Below, piece after piece: positions 36,525-48,000 of a stretch of 64,000 bases of DNA (position 1 is its first letter; each line of letters begins with the position of its first letter). This DNA is from Methanomicrobiales archaeon HGW-Methanomicrobiales-2 (lineage in GTDB: Archaea; Halobacteriota; Methanomicrobia; Methanomicrobiales; Methanoculleaceae): NCBI GenBank assembly GCA_002839645.1, contig PGYL01000012.1:12706-76705 (forward strand), in the 5' to 3' direction. Below the pieces are notes generated by a model. The model saw nothing but the letters and a program-made list of their open reading frames with translations. It made no database searches and was not told where the DNA came from. Both the position numbers and the translations under genes were made by a program.

Positions 36525-38873
36525 CTACTCCCGTGCCATCATCGCGGCCGCTTCTTTCTCGAGGTCGGTGTACGGCTCCCCGGTGACGTCCACCATGACC
36601 TTATGGACCGTCCCGGTGAACGCCCACGGCCGCTCGCCGGGATAGTCGTCGGTCACGATATCACCCGGGTTCTCTCCGATGGAAACCCCGCTGCCGCCGA
36701 TGCTGAAGAACGAGGGCTGGGTTTTGATCCGTCCTTCGCCCACTTTCTGGTCGTTGATGTAGATCGCGAGGGTTCCGTGTGCGGTGCCCTTCGGCTCCTC
36801 GCTCTCCTTGGTGAACGCAACGGAGAGCGTGGCCCTGCCGGAGGGGATCTCCGTATCCGAGGTGACCATCTGCTCGGTACCGACGAAGTTGTAGACGTAC
36901 CGGGGTCGATTCTCCCTGACGTAGAGGGCGTGGCCCCCGAACCTGCTCCCAAGGGCGAAGAGAACTCCCTGTGCACCACCATCCGGTATCTCGACATCGG
37001 CGGTGATGGCGTAGGACCGGTTGCGGATATTCACCGCCACGCCTTCCGGGACCGGAGCGGTCTTCGGATAGTAGACGAAGAAGTTGCGTTGCGGCGCGGG
37101 CTGGGGCCGGGGTGAGGTCAGAACTTCCGGTGCAGTCCGATCTTCGAGCGGCAGCCCCTGGTACTTACCGGCCTCATGCCACCAGAGCGCGATCATCTCC
37201 TGGAGTTTGCGCGGGTGCTGGTCGGCCAGATTGCGCGTCTCCGAACGATCTTCCTCGACATGGTAGAGCTCCCAGGTGTCTTCGTCGAAGTGGCCCCATC
37301 CGGCCATCGCCGGGTGTGTGGTGACCGCCTTCCAGCCGTCGTGCCAGATGCCGCGGGAGCCAAGCATGGAGTAGAACTGGGTATGCCGCTGTGTGGGTGC
37401 GTCGCCCTTCTCGAAGGAATAACGCATGCTGACGCCCTCGACGGGCCACTGGGTGTAGCCCTTCACAGTATCCGGCGCCGGGATGCCGATGCATTCCAGG
37501 ATAGTCGGTGCAATGTCGCTGGCATGGTGGTACTGGTGGCGTCGCTCTCCCTTTGCCCGAATCCCTCGTGGCCAGTGGATGATGCAGGGGTCGGCAATGC
37601 CGCCGGCGTAACAGTAGCGCTTCCACATCTTGAATGGGGTGTTGAACGCCATCGCCCAGCCCGAGCAGTAATGGCTGTAGGTCTTTTCGCTCCCGAGTTC
37701 GTCGATGTGCGGCAGGTTTTCTTCGAGAGAGGCCGAAATGCCGTTGAAGAACGTGTTCTCGTTGACCGTGCCGTTCGGCCCGCCCTCGGCGCTGGCACCG
37801 TTGTCGGAGACGAGCACGATCAAGGTGTTCTCGAGTTCGCCGCTCTCCTCCAGGAAGTCGATGAGCCTCCCGATCTGGGCGTCGGTGTGGGAGAGGAACC
37901 CGGCGTAGACCTCCGCCATCCGGGCAAAAAGTCTCTTCTCATCATCTGAGAGCGAGTCCCACGGTCTGATGGTGTCCATCTCCGGGTATCGCACTCCTTC
38001 GGGACTCGTCCTTGTCTCCGGTGTACCGATAGGGTTGATCGGCGGCAGCTCCGTAGTCTCCGGGACTATCTCCATCTGCTTCTGCCGTGCAAGCACCATC
38101 TCGCGGTAGCGCTCGTAGCCCATATCGAACCGGCCCCGATACCGGTCGACCCACTCCTTCGGAACATGAAGCGGGGCGTGGGTGGCGCCGGGGCAGTAGT
38201 GCAGGAAGAAGGGTTTTGTCGGGTTGATCTGCCTGGCGTCCCGGATGAATCCGATCGCCCGATCGGTCAGGTCTTCGGTCAGGTGGTAGCCTTCGTTCGG
38301 CATCGTCGGCTGTTCAACCGGGTGGTTATCGTAGACCAGAGCAGGGTAGTACTGGTTCGTCTCGCCGCCCATGAAACCATAGTAACGCTCGAATCCCCGG
38401 CCGAGCGGCCAGTTTCGTTTGTTCCCGGCCAGGTGCATCTCTTCCTGCGGGCAGAGGTGCCATTTGCCGAGCATGTAGGTGTTGTAGCCCTGGTCGACCA
38501 GCACCTCTGCGAGGGTGGCGCACTCAAACGGGATGTGCCCATTCGAGTTCGGAAACCCGGTGGTCGCATCTACGACGCAGGCCATCCCGACGGTGGTAGG
38601 GTTCCTGCCGGTCAGCAGGCATGCCCGGGTCGGGGAGCAGAGTGCTGTCGTGTGCCATTGCGTATATATGAGGCCGTTTGCCGCCAGGCGGTCGATGTTC
38701 GGTGTTTCTACCAGTCCGCCATAACAGGACATGGCCGAGAATCCGACATCGTCGAGGACGATCGTCAGGATGTTCGGAGCGCCTTCGGGCGCCTCTGGTT
38801 CTTCATACGGTGTCCAGTCCGGGATCGAGTCCCGGATATCGACGTTGACGACACCGTTCCATTGTTCAGGCAT
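36525..38873 (-). CDS. Cys-type (aryl)sulfatase, cytoplasmic, with a C-terminal LamG-like extension
   Basis: PNILTIVLDDVG, LCSPTRACLLTGR formylglycine motif, GKWHL, SDNG; no signal peptide. Confidence 0.92.
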   Translation of the reverse strand: MPEQWNGVVNVDIRDSIPDWTPYEEPEAPEGAPNILTIVLDDVGFSAMSCYGGLVETPNIDRLAANGLIYTQWHTTALCSPTRACLLTGRNPTTVGMACVVDATTGFPNSNGHIPFECATLAEVLVDQGYNTYMLGKWHLCPQEEMHLAGNKRNWPLGRGFERYYGFMGGETNQYYPALVYDNHPVEQPTMPNEGYHLTEDLTDRAIGFIRDARQINPTKPFFLHYCPGATHAPLHVPKEWVDRYRGRFDMGYERYREMVLARQKQMEIVPETTELPPINPIGTPETRTSPEGVRYPEMDTIRPWDSLSDDEKRLFARMAEVYAGFLSHTDAQIGRLIDFLEESGELENTLIVLVSDNGASAEGGPNGTVNENTFFNGISASLEENLPHIDELGSEKTYSHYCSGWAMAFNTPFKMWKRYCYAGGIADPCIIHWPRGIRAKGERRHQYHHASDIAPTILECIGIPAPDTVKGYTQWPVEGVSMRYSFEKGDAPTQRHTQFYSMLGSRGIWHDGWKAVTTHPAMAGWGHFDEDTWELYHVEEDRSETRNLADQHPRKLQEMIALWWHEAGKYQGLPLEDRTAPEVLTSPRPQPAPQRNFFVYYPKTAPVPEGVAVNIRNRSYAITADVEIPDGGAQGVLFALGSRFGGHALYVRENRPRYVYNFVGTEQMVTSDTEIPSGRATLSVAFTKESEEPKGTAHGTLAIYINDQKVGEGRIKTQPSFFSIGGSGVSIGENPGDIVTDDYPGERPWAFTGTVHKVMVDVTGEPYTDLEKEAAAMMARE

Positions 38874-39000
38874 ATCTTCCCCCTCATCGAAAATGGTGAA
38901 CAGGGTCTAGCAAGACGTCCCGGTATTTATATAATTGATCCTGAATAATTTTGGTGGCGATCTGCTGCTACGTTAACGGCTCATGCGCCCGCAGCATCTC

Positions 39001-40272
39001 TTATACTTCAAACCGCTCCCGCAGGGGCAGGGATCGTTTCGGCCGACCTTTACCGATCCCTTCTCTCGCTCTCTTTGCGGCGGCGAGCATCGGCATCACT
39101 TCATCGGCGTTCCGCCCCTGCCGGAGCAGGCCGGCCATCATCCTCATCGGGCGGTCGGCGTGGGAGAAAAAGATACGATAGCCTTCGCAGAGGTAGTTCA
39201 AGCCCTCCTCCCCGTCCGATTTCCGGATGAACCGGTTCTTCGGGCACTCCCCGTTGCAGACGGCGATGAAGTCGCACTCCCGGCACTGCCGGGGAAGCGT
39301 ATCGCGCTTGGTTCTCCCGAACCTCCGCTGTTGTTCGGAGGTTACGAGCTCGACCAGCGGTGTCGTGAGGATGTTGCCGAGGAGGTGGCCCGGTTCGACG
39401 AAGTGATCGCAGGAATAGAGGTCTCCGTTGTGTTCGAGCGCCACCCCCTGGCCGCAGGTGGGCCCGAAGGTGCAGACCGTCCCCGCTCTACCCAGCCAGC
39501 CTGCGAGCGCCCCGTCGAAGTTCAGGACAAACGTCCGGCCGACGTCCCTTCCGATCCACTCATCGAAGATCGTGACCAGGAACCGTCCCCACTGCTCCGG
39601 CCGGACGGATCGATCGGTCACCGTATTTCCTTCCTGGAACCCAGTCTCGTTCGCCCGTTCCACGATGGGAATGAACTGGATATACTGCGCACCGAGTTCG
39701 TCGCGGAAGAACCGGTACACCTCCAGCGGATGGTTGGCGTTCGTCCTGTTGACCGTGCAGAGGATGTTGAATTCGACATGGTGCTTCTGGAGGAGGCGGG
39801 CAGCGTTGAGGACCCGGTCAAACGTACCGCGGCCCTGCCGGTCCCTCCGGTAGACGTCATGGAGTTCTCCCGGGCCGTCCATGGAGAGGCCGACCAGGAA
39901 ATTGTTGTCGTGGAAGAACCGGCACCATTCGTCATCGAGAAGGATGCCGTTCGTCTGGAACGTGTTCTCGATACGGGTTTTGGGCCCTGCATACCTCTTC
40001 TGCACCTCCAGAGAGCGCCGGAAGAATTCCAACCCCATCAGGGTCGGTTCCCCTCCCTGCCAGGCAATCGTCACCTGGGGCACCGCGTGCCCCGCGATGG
40101 TCTGGCGGATGAACTCTTCCATCACCGCATCGGTCATCCGGAAGTTGCTGTCCGGGTACAGGTGCTCTTTCTTTAAGAAGAAGCAGTAGGCACAGTCGAG
40201 GTTGCACCGTGCCCCGGTCGGTTTCGCCATGACATGGAAGGCGAAGGGTGCCTCGCCGTCAGACCTACGCAT
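39001..40272 (-). CDS. Anaerobic sulfatase maturase (radical SAM/SPASM, anSME); SEC-C tail out of frame
   Basis: [39 protein letters not shown]; [20 protein letters not shown] lies in another frame at 38973-39060. Confidence 0.92.
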   Translation of the reverse strand: MRRSDGEAPFAFHVMAKPTGARCNLDCAYCFFLKKEHLYPDSNFRMTDAVMEEFIRQTIAGHAVPQVTIAWQGGEPTLMGLEFFRRSLEVQKRYAGPKTRIENTFQTNGILLDDEWCRFFHDNNFLVGLSMDGPGELHDVYRRDRQGRGTFDRVLNAARLLQKHHVEFNILCTVNRTNANHPLEVYRFFRDELGAQYIQFIPIVERANETGFQEGNTVTDRSVRPEQWGRFLVTIFDEWIGRDVGRTFVLNFDGALAGWLGRAGTVCTFGPTCGQGVALEHNGDLYSCDHFVEPGHLLGNILTTPLVELVTSEQQRRFGRTKRDTLPRQCRECDFIAVCNGECPKNRFIRKSDGEEGLNYLCEGYRIFFSHADRPMRMMAGLLRQGRNADEVMPMLAAAKRAREGIGKGRPKRSLPLRERFEV

Positions 40273-40498
40273 CAAGCCACCCCGTACTCATACCTCCCCG
40301 GACAGAATGATCTTTCGGGGGCGAGTGCTGAGGAAGGCCATATTAAACCATCGTGCTGCTTAACGCCGGGCAGAAGGGCCGGGGTTCAGGGACCTTGGGC
40401 ACAGGCGCTCTTGTACCCGCGAAAGCAACGTGCAAAATGCGTTTCTGTATGAGATAAGAGAAGGGGGAAGTAGTGCCTCCACACTCGCTCCTCTCCGG

Positions 40499-41053
40499 TC
40501 ACCCCGGCATCCGGAGAGCAAGAATGACGGCTGCGATCCCGCCGATGACGGCAAGCACCGCAATGAGCAGCACAAAGCCCAGCGCCGCGATGACCGGGTG
40601 TGCGATCAGGATCAGCCCGAAGATGAGGCTCAGGACACCGAGGATAACTGTCCCCCAGCCCTCGCCGGAGAACCCCTGCACCAGGTAGATTGCCCCGATG
40701 ACGAGACCCTCCACCCCGATGATGATGGCGTAGATCGTCGGGATGAGGACGGCGCTGTAGAGCGGATAGATGAGCACGATCACTCCCGCGAGGATGCCGA
40801 GGATGCCGACCAGCATCTTCCAGCCCCATCCGGTCTTATGTCGGGAGAGGCTGAGGAGCACGACGATACCATTCGCCAGCCAGTAGATGCCGAGGACGGT
40901 GACAAGGAGCGTCAGCGTCGGGATGGGATAGACAAAGAAGAGAACGCCGAAGAGGATCGCGATGATCCCGAGGAGCAGCACGAACCAGCGTGCCGAGCCC
41001 GCAGCACTGCCGGTCTCCGGAAAGCCGGCACCGGATTCGATACCGTTGACCAT
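40499..41053 (-). CDS. HdeD/DUF308-family membrane protein
   Basis: RWFVLLLGIIAILFG...LGIYWLANG; repeated hydrophobic hairpins. Confidence 0.8.
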   Translation of the reverse strand: MVNGIESGAGFPETGSAAGSARWFVLLLGIIAILFGVLFFVYPIPTLTLLVTVLGIYWLANGIVVLLSLSRHKTGWGWKMLVGILGILAGVIVLIYPLYSAVLIPTIYAIIIGVEGLVIGAIYLVQGFSGEGWGTVILGVLSLIFGLILIAHPVIAALGFVLLIAVLAVIGGIAAVILALRMPG

Positions 41054-41125
41054 AAGAGCACCATGTGTCGTATCCGCCGGCAGTATATATGCGTATACGG
41101 TTCATGCCGGGAGATACCGGCCAGC

Positions 41126-42172
41126 CTATTCCCCGCCCGCGGCCTCCCTGAGCGTGAACAAAAAAACCGCTCCCTCCTCATGGCGGCCCGGAACCCGGTC
41201 TTCGACCCGGATCCTGCCGCCATAGCGCTCCACCAGGATCCGGACCAAATACAGTCCGAGCCCTTCCCCGACGCCGCGTTTTTGCTGCTCGTAGCGGTGG
41301 AAGATCACCTGCTTGTCCGCATCCGGGATGCCGGGTCCGGTATCCTCGACGGATACCAGCACCTCGCCGTCCTGCTCCTCGACCCGGACGGTTATGGCGA
41401 CCCCGGACCCGCCGTACTTGACGGCGTTGCCGATGAGGTTTCCAAAGATCTCGCAGAGGAGGTCGTCGGCAAGGACCTGCCGGGAGGTCCCCTCGTAGCG
41501 GATAGAGGCCTCCGGGAAGTTGGCTGTCTCCGCCCTGATGACCGCGTCGAGGTCGGTCGGCCGGATATCGGGTGGTCCTGCGTAAATCCGCCGGATCTTC
41601 GAGACGATGCCGAGGATCTCGATGCTCTTCTGGACGCTCCGCTTCAGCTTCTCCGCGTACCCGGCCGATTCTCCGTCCAGGGTCTCGACGAGCAGTTCGG
41701 CGTAGAGGTTCGAGACGTTCTCGGTATTCCCGATGTCGTGGGTCAGGATGTCCAGGTAGAGATTTGCCTCCCGGTGCGAAGCCTCCAGTTGCCGATGCAC
41801 CCGGGCGAGCTCGTCGGTGCGGTTCCGGAGTGCCTCTTCCGCTCTTCTCCGTTCGTGCACCTCGGCCGTCATCGCCCTGAGAATTTTCTGCTGGTTGCGG
41901 AAAACGAAGGACGCGGCGAATACGGCGAGCAGGGTCGTGAACGCGATGGTGGTGATGTGCGTCTCTATGATCGTGATATCCGGGTAAAAGAGCGTCTTGG
42001 CGAGCTGGAACGCGCTCATCAGCAGGAGCGTGATTGCGGCGACCTTTCCAAGCGCGAGGAGCATGCTGGCCGATTTGAATTCTTCGTTCAAGGCTACCCT
42101 CCACAAAAGAACTGCATCCTCTCGAGTATCGTGGGATGGTGTGATTTGGTCGGATGATGTGTGCGTGGACAT
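41126..42172 (-). CDS. Membrane-bound sensor histidine kinase (orphan)
   Basis: Two TM segments, coiled coil, H box LTHDIGN, N box GNAVKY, G1 EDTGPGI, G2 GEGLGL. Confidence 0.87.
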   Translation of the reverse strand: MSTHTSSDQITPSHDTREDAVLLWRVALNEEFKSASMLLALGKVAAITLLLMSAFQLAKTLFYPDITIIETHITTIAFTTLLAVFAASFVFRNQQKILRAMTAEVHERRRAEEALRNRTDELARVHRQLEASHREANLYLDILTHDIGNTENVSNLYAELLVETLDGESAGYAEKLKRSVQKSIEILGIVSKIRRIYAGPPDIRPTDLDAVIRAETANFPEASIRYEGTSRQVLADDLLCEIFGNLIGNAVKYGGSGVAITVRVEEQDGEVLVSVEDTGPGIPDADKQVIFHRYEQQKRGVGEGLGLYLVRILVERYGGRIRVEDRVPGRHEEGAVFLFTLREAAGGE

Positions 42173-42470
42173 GGTTTGCCGAAGATGGAGGCCCCGATCA
42201 CCGTTCAGCAGGTGAGATAGGCGTCCAGGCGGACCCTGATATCTGCGAGTTATCCGAATGTTGCATTTTCTTCGCAATAAAGCAATCCCCGGCTGCCTGT
42301 AGAGCGCACCGGCAGGGCGTGGCGATGCTGTCCAGATCCCGGAGGGCATCTCTGAGGCTGGTTTCCCGGCCGGCACGAGCCGGTGTCGTGCCCGGGCGGG
42401 GCCTTCGCAGTGGTCCGGTCACCTCTCAGACCTGATCCCGGCCGGGTAACGGACCTCCCGGAACCCCCCT

Positions 42471-43136
42471 CTACTTCTTCACCGCATACACCAGGTGAAC
42501 GGTGCCCTGCTCCATCGGCACGGCCTTCCGGAGTTCCAGCGCCGCCCGTCCCCCGGCCCGGTCGAAGAGCTTCTTCTCTCCCTCGCCGGCGATGACCGGG
42601 TGGACGATCAGGCTGAGCGTGTCGGCAAGCCCTTCCCGGATGATGACGTTGTTCAACTCGGGGCCGGTATCGGAGACTACCCTTGAAACCCCGAACCGCT
42701 CGCTGAGTTCCCGGAGAGCACCCCGGAGGTCCACCCGCTCTCTCCCGCACCGGATGAACGGATACTCCCGTTCGCCGAGGTAGTCGAGGTAGTCCTCCGG
42801 CGTCGTCTCGGAGACGAGGACGACGACGTCTTTCGTGTGCTCCATGTTCCGGTAGAAGTGGAGCAGATCTTTGAGCACGCCCCTGCTGTCGACGATGACG
42901 CAGAGGGGACGGGGATCGTCCGGCCGCATTTCGGGCCGGTGCCGGTCGGCCTCTGCCTCCGGCAGGGTGATATCCATGAACATCTCGATCCCGGTCTTTG
43001 CCGTGGCCGAACCCGCAAGGACCGCCCCCGGCTCGAAGGCGAGAAGTGCGCCGTAGTGCAGGCCGAGGTCGACCTCAAACCCCGTCACCGCGTGGTCGAG
43101 GCTCACGCTGTTGTGGATGATGACTTCCGGGTACAT
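42471..43136 (-). CDS. RibD C-terminal / dihydrofolate reductase-fold protein
   Basis: VIIHNSVSLD, IVDSRG, GLADTLSLIVHPVIAG; start taken at MYPEVII. Confidence 0.82.
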   Translation of the reverse strand: MYPEVIIHNSVSLDHAVTGFEVDLGLHYGALLAFEPGAVLAGSATAKTGIEMFMDITLPEAEADRHRPEMRPDDPRPLCVIVDSRGVLKDLLHFYRNMEHTKDVVVLVSETTPEDYLDYLGEREYPFIRCGRERVDLRGALRELSERFGVSRVVSDTGPELNNVIIREGLADTLSLIVHPVIAGEGEKKLFDRAGGRAALELRKAVPMEQGTVHLVYAVKK

Positions 43137-43278
43137 GTGGAAAGGATACGTACATCGGGGATATAACCTGCGCGGCTCTCTACCCGATACAGAAAGCCCT
43201 ATCCCCTCTCCCGGCTGAGGACTCTCTACTGGAGGATGGCCCGACCGACCCCGGCGCCACCTTCCCGGAGGATACCCG

Positions 43279-44514
43279 ATGGAGATCCCGCACAGCATCT
43301 CTGACCGGATGGCCCGGAGCATGGCCGACCGGGAATCGCTCCTCTCGCCCCGGGCGACCAGGAACGCCGATTACCTGAGGAGGTCCGGCTGTAAACCCGA
43401 GGAGCCGGTCATCCGGCCGCCGTTCTCCCGCGACGCCGACCGGATCATCCACTCGAAGGGCTACTCGCGTTACATCGACAAGACCCAGGTCTTCTACCTC
43501 GTCGAGAACGACCACATCACCCACCGGGTCCTCCACGTCCAGCTCGCGTCAAAGATCGCAAGGACGATCGGGCGGGCGCTCGGCTTAAACGAGGACCTGA
43601 TCGAGGCGATCGCCCTTGGCCACGACATCGGCCACGTGCCCTACGGGCACCTCGGGGAGAAGTTCCTCGACGACCTCTGCAGGAAGCACGGGATCGGGGG
43701 GTTTAAGCACAACGTTCAGAGCGTCCGGTTCCTCGACGGTGTCGAGGACTGCGACCTCACGGTGCAGGTGCTGGACGGGATCCTCTGTCACAACGGCGAG
43801 GTCCACGACCGGAGCCTCGCCGTCGAGGGCGAGGCCGGGTGGGACTCGTTTGCGGAGAAACTGAGGGAGATCGAGGCCGGAGGCGACGCGCTCCCTTTCA
43901 CTGCCGAGGGGTGCGTGGTCAGGTGCGCCGACAGTATCTCCTACCTCGGCCGCGACCTGCAGGACGCCCTCGAGGTCGCGGTCATCGACGATGGGGCTCT
44001 GCAGGAGTTCCCCGAGAACTGCATGGTCCTCTTCGGCATCACCGGGAGAAGGAAGGAGGATTTTTCAGAGATCAACCGGAGGGTGCTCGACGTCCTCATC
44101 AAGGACATCGTCACGAACAGTTACGACGCCGACTGCATCGCCTTCTCGGCGGAGGCATCGGCGTGTGTCGCGGCCTTCAAAGAGTTCAACCTACATCACA
44201 TCTACGGGAACAAAAAACTCCTGAAAAACGAAGAGAAGATCCGGTTCATGTTCCGGTACCTCTTCGACCGCATCCTTGAGGATATCGGGAATGAGCGGAA
44301 AGACTCGTCGGTCTACGAAGACCTGATCGACGCGCCGTGGGCGTCCCGGCGGTACATCGATGCCGCTTCGCCGGCGGAACTCGCGAGAGACTTCATCGCC
44401 GGGATGACGGACCGCTACTTCGAGCAGGTCTTCCGGCAGAGCATCCTTCCGGAGCGGGTCAGGTCGAGGTACCGGGTGGAAGGACCCTTGCCGGGAGAGC
44501 GGGACCGACCGTGA
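43279..44514 (+). CDS. HD-domain dNTP triphosphohydrolase (dGTPase-like)
   Basis: FSRDADRIIHS...KTQVF, HRVLHV, GHDIGHVPYGH, ADSISY, DFIAGMTD. Confidence 0.88.
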   Translation: MEIPHSISDRMARSMADRESLLSPRATRNADYLRRSGCKPEEPVIRPPFSRDADRIIHSKGYSRYIDKTQVFYLVENDHITHRVLHVQLASKIARTIGRALGLNEDLIEAIALGHDIGHVPYGHLGEKFLDDLCRKHGIGGFKHNVQSVRFLDGVEDCDLTVQVLDGILCHNGEVHDRSLAVEGEAGWDSFAEKLREIEAGGDALPFTAEGCVVRCADSISYLGRDLQDALEVAVIDDGALQEFPENCMVLFGITGRRKEDFSEINRRVLDVLIKDIVTNSYDADCIAFSAEASACVAAFKEFNLHHIYGNKKLLKNEEKIRFMFRYLFDRILEDIGNERKDSSVYEDLIDAPWASRRYIDAASPAELARDFIAGMTDRYFEQVFRQSILPERVRSRYRVEGPLPGERDRP

Positions 44515-44621
44515 GCGAAGACCCCTCACCGCCCGCTATCGGCCGGAAATTCCGTTCTGGTCGATGGGTATAACCCGCTGGTTCCTACGAATTCATATCG
44601 CGTTACTCACTGACCTTCTCT

Positions 44622-44963
44622 ATGCGCAGACCAATTCTCATTTTGAGCCTGGTCGCGGTTCTTGTTCTGGCAGCCGGTTGTATTGGGCTCGTCGGCCCCA
44701 ACCCGAAGGTCGTGCAGGACTCTGCAACCCGGGACGTCAGTCTCTCAAAAGGCCTCGTGTACAACGTGAACGCGGAGATCCGAAACGACGGAAGTGACGG
44801 AGACGTCACCGTGACCGCGAGGCTGATCGATGAAGAGAAGGGATTTACGCGCGATGAAGTCTCGGTGCAGGTCTTCATCCCGGCGAGGGAGATAAAACAG
44901 GTCAGCCTCACGCTGGACGGGGACGTCGGCAGGACGTACCGGCACAGTGTTAAGGTGGAGTAG
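44622..44963 (+). CDS. Small lipoprotein (Ig-like/FxLYD-like domain)
   Basis: MRR, hydrophobic stretch, LAAGC lipobox. Confidence 0.7.
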   Translation: MRRPILILSLVAVLVLAAGCIGLVGPNPKVVQDSATRDVSLSKGLVYNVNAEIRNDGSDGDVTVTARLIDEEKGFTRDEVSVQVFIPAREIKQVSLTLDGDVGRTYRHSVKVE

Positions 44964-45081
44964 ACGCCGGGCTTCTTCCTGAATCGGTCCTCCTGCCAAA
45001 ATTGTAGGGCGCCCGGACTCCTCCTCACTCTGCTGCGATGAGACCGAAGCATACCAGAGTCATTTTTAATCCCTCCCCCAA

Positions 45082-48000
45082 ATGGAAGGTATGGAACTGT
45101 TCCCGGGGATCTACGAGCAGGTCATCAGCGAATATCTCGCATCAAAACTCTCTGGCCCCGAAAGGGAAGGAAGGGTCCTTAAAGATCCCCTTTCGCGCTT
45201 CGATCCCCAGAACGTCCTCGCACGACACATCGCGAAGATTCTCAGGAATGCTCTTATGTCCGCCGATGAGCAGCATATCCCGCTGGCAGAGCAGGTCCGG
45301 ATCTGCAACCGTCTCATCGGCCACCTTGCCGCGGAACTGCGTGATGAGACTCTTGAGCAGTGTGCGATCACGCCCGACGCGGAGGTCCTGCTCGCCCTTG
45401 CAGAGCGCAACCCCTCTGCACTCAAATTCGTTGCACCCACGAGGCCCGAGACATCTATCGCGCAGAGCAGCCTCTTCACCGGGTCTCCTAAAGAGCCCGG
45501 TCTCGTGAATGAACTCAGAAAGGAGATCCAATCCGCTGACCGCATCGACCTTCTCGTCTCGTTCATCAAATGGAGCGGAATCCGGTTGATTCTCGATGAC
45601 CTAAAAGAGTTTGTCCGGCATGGCAGCCGTCTCCGGGTGATCACGACCTCCTACACCGGGGCGACCGACATCAAGGCAGTCGAGGCTCTCGCGGCCCTCC
45701 CGAATACGACCGTCAGGATATCCTATGATACTGAGAGGACCCGGCTCCACGCGAAGACCTACACGTTCCACAGAAACAGTAGGTTCTCCACCTCCTATAT
45801 CGGGTCGTCAAACCTCTCGAACCCTGCGATAACGAGCGGCCTTGAGTGGAACATCAAGATCACCGAGCAGGACTCATACGATATCATCAGGAAGATTGAG
45901 GAGACGTTTGAGACCTACTGGAACGACCCGGAGTTCGTTGCATACACCCCGGAGAACCGGGAGCGGTTGCGACGCGCTCTCTCAAAGGAGAAGCGAGGTG
46001 AGTTCGATCTCCGTCCTATTTTTGATATTCAACCCTACTACTACCAGAAAGAGATCCTCGAACGGCTGAAGATCGAGCGGGAGGTGCACAACAACTACAG
46101 GAACCTCATCGTCGCCGCCACCGGAACGGGAAAGACCGTTGTATCGGCGTTCGACTACAAAAGTCTCATCAAGAAGCCGGGAGAATATCCCCGGCTGCTC
46201 TTTGTTGCTCACCGCGAGGAGATCCTCAAACAGAGCCTCCAGGTCTTCCGGGGAGTTCTTAAAGACCAGAACTTCGGGGATCTTCTGGTCGGCGGGAGCG
46301 AGCCTGCGCAATTCGATCATCTCTTCACCTCAATCCAGAGTTTCAACAGCAGGAACCTTCCGGAGATCACCTCCCCGGACTACTACGATATGATCGTGGT
46401 CGACGAGTTCCACCATGCCGCTGCCCCTTCATACCAGAGTCTGCTCACCCACTACACCCCAAAGGTCCTCCTCGGCCTTACCGCAACGCCGGAACGGATG
46501 GACAACCTTGACATTCTTGGGCACTTCAACGGAAGGGTTTCTGCCGAGATCCGGCTCCCTGAAGCGATCAACCGGAAACTGCTCGCTCCGTTCCACTACT
46601 TCGGCGTCACCGATGTCGTCGACCTGGATGGCGTGCCGTGGAGGCGGGGCGCCTACGATCCCGCCGAACTCTCCCGGCTCTACACCGGGAACCGGAAGCG
46701 TGCAGACCTGATATCCAGGGCCGTGCGGGACTACACGACCGACCTTGATGAGGTCATCGGGCTCGGGTTCTGCGCCTCCGTGGAACACGCCGAATATATG
46801 GCTGCATCGTTTCGGGAGGCGGGTATCCCGGCGGCCTGCCTCCACGCCGGAAGTCCGCGGGAACTTCGTTCCTCCATCCAGAAAGACCTCGTCGCCCGGA
46901 AGATTCACTTCATCTTCGTAGTCGACCTCTACAACGAGGGTGTCGATATCCCGGAGGTGAACACCATTCTCTTCCTGCGCCCCACCGAGAGCCTCACGGT
47001 CTTCATCCAGCAGCTCGGGCGTGGTCTCCGCCTCTCGGACGGAAAAGAGTGCCTCACGGCACTTGACTTCGTCGGGAACCACAACAAAAACTTCCGGTTC
47101 GGAGAAAGGATTGCAGCGCTCCTCTCCCCGGGCGAAGGAACCCTGGCGGAGCAGGTCTCTCAAGATTCGTACTCGCTCCCCAGAGGCTGTTACATCCATC
47201 TGGAGAAAGTGGCGCGGGAGAAGGTTCTTGCAAACATCAAAGCAAACAGAACGGATAAAACAACGCTTATCCGTAAGATCCAGTCATTTGAGGTGGACAC
47301 CGGCGAGCCTATCAGTTTCCGGAAATTCCTCCACTACCACAGTCTGCAGCCTCTCGACGTTTACCGGAAGGGTACCTTCTGTTTGCTGGCCGCAGAGGCG
47401 GGAGTATACCCTGCAGTCTACGCTGATGAGCGCCTCTTCTCGAAGACTGCCGCGATCCGTCTGAGGACTCTGAACTCGCCGGAGGCGATTCGTTTTATCA
47501 GGGCGGTGCTATCCAGGCCCTCTCATGGCTCGCCGGCAGCCCTATCGGACCGCGAAAAGAGCGTGCTCGCACTCTTCTATTACTCGCTCAACGATCAGTC
47601 CCTTTGTGACGAGAGTGCGGATGTCAGGGATATCTTACCGGAAATCTTCACGCATGATGAGATCCGGCATGAGATCTGTGATCTCATGGAGTATAACGAG
47701 GCGCACCTCGGACTTCTTCCAGAACCTGTCGACCTCGGTTTCGAGAGTGCCCTCGAACTCCACGCAACCTACACCCGGGCCCAGGCTTTTGCAGCACTCG
47801 GCCACTACACCCTGACCCGGAGACCGGCAGGGGGAAGCCGGGAAGGGGTCGTATACCTTGAGGATAAGAAGGCCGATGTACTCCTGATCACCCTGAATAA
47901 GACCGAGGAGCACTACTCACCCACAACGATGTACAAAGACTACGCGGTCAACGAGGAACTGTTCCACTGGCAGTCACAGAGCACCACGTCCGCGTCGTCA

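Noticed and set aside
39001-40272. SPASM radical SAM as a RiPP maturase
   Set aside because: It is adjacent to a CxPxR sulfatase and has anSME motifs; no precursor peptide seen
40430-42157. 575-aa plus-strand ORF and many similar long ORFs (for example 9681-11048, 17277-18647, 53169-54434, 61593-62831)
   Set aside because: Antisense shadows of real genes, expected at high GC; no recognisable motifs
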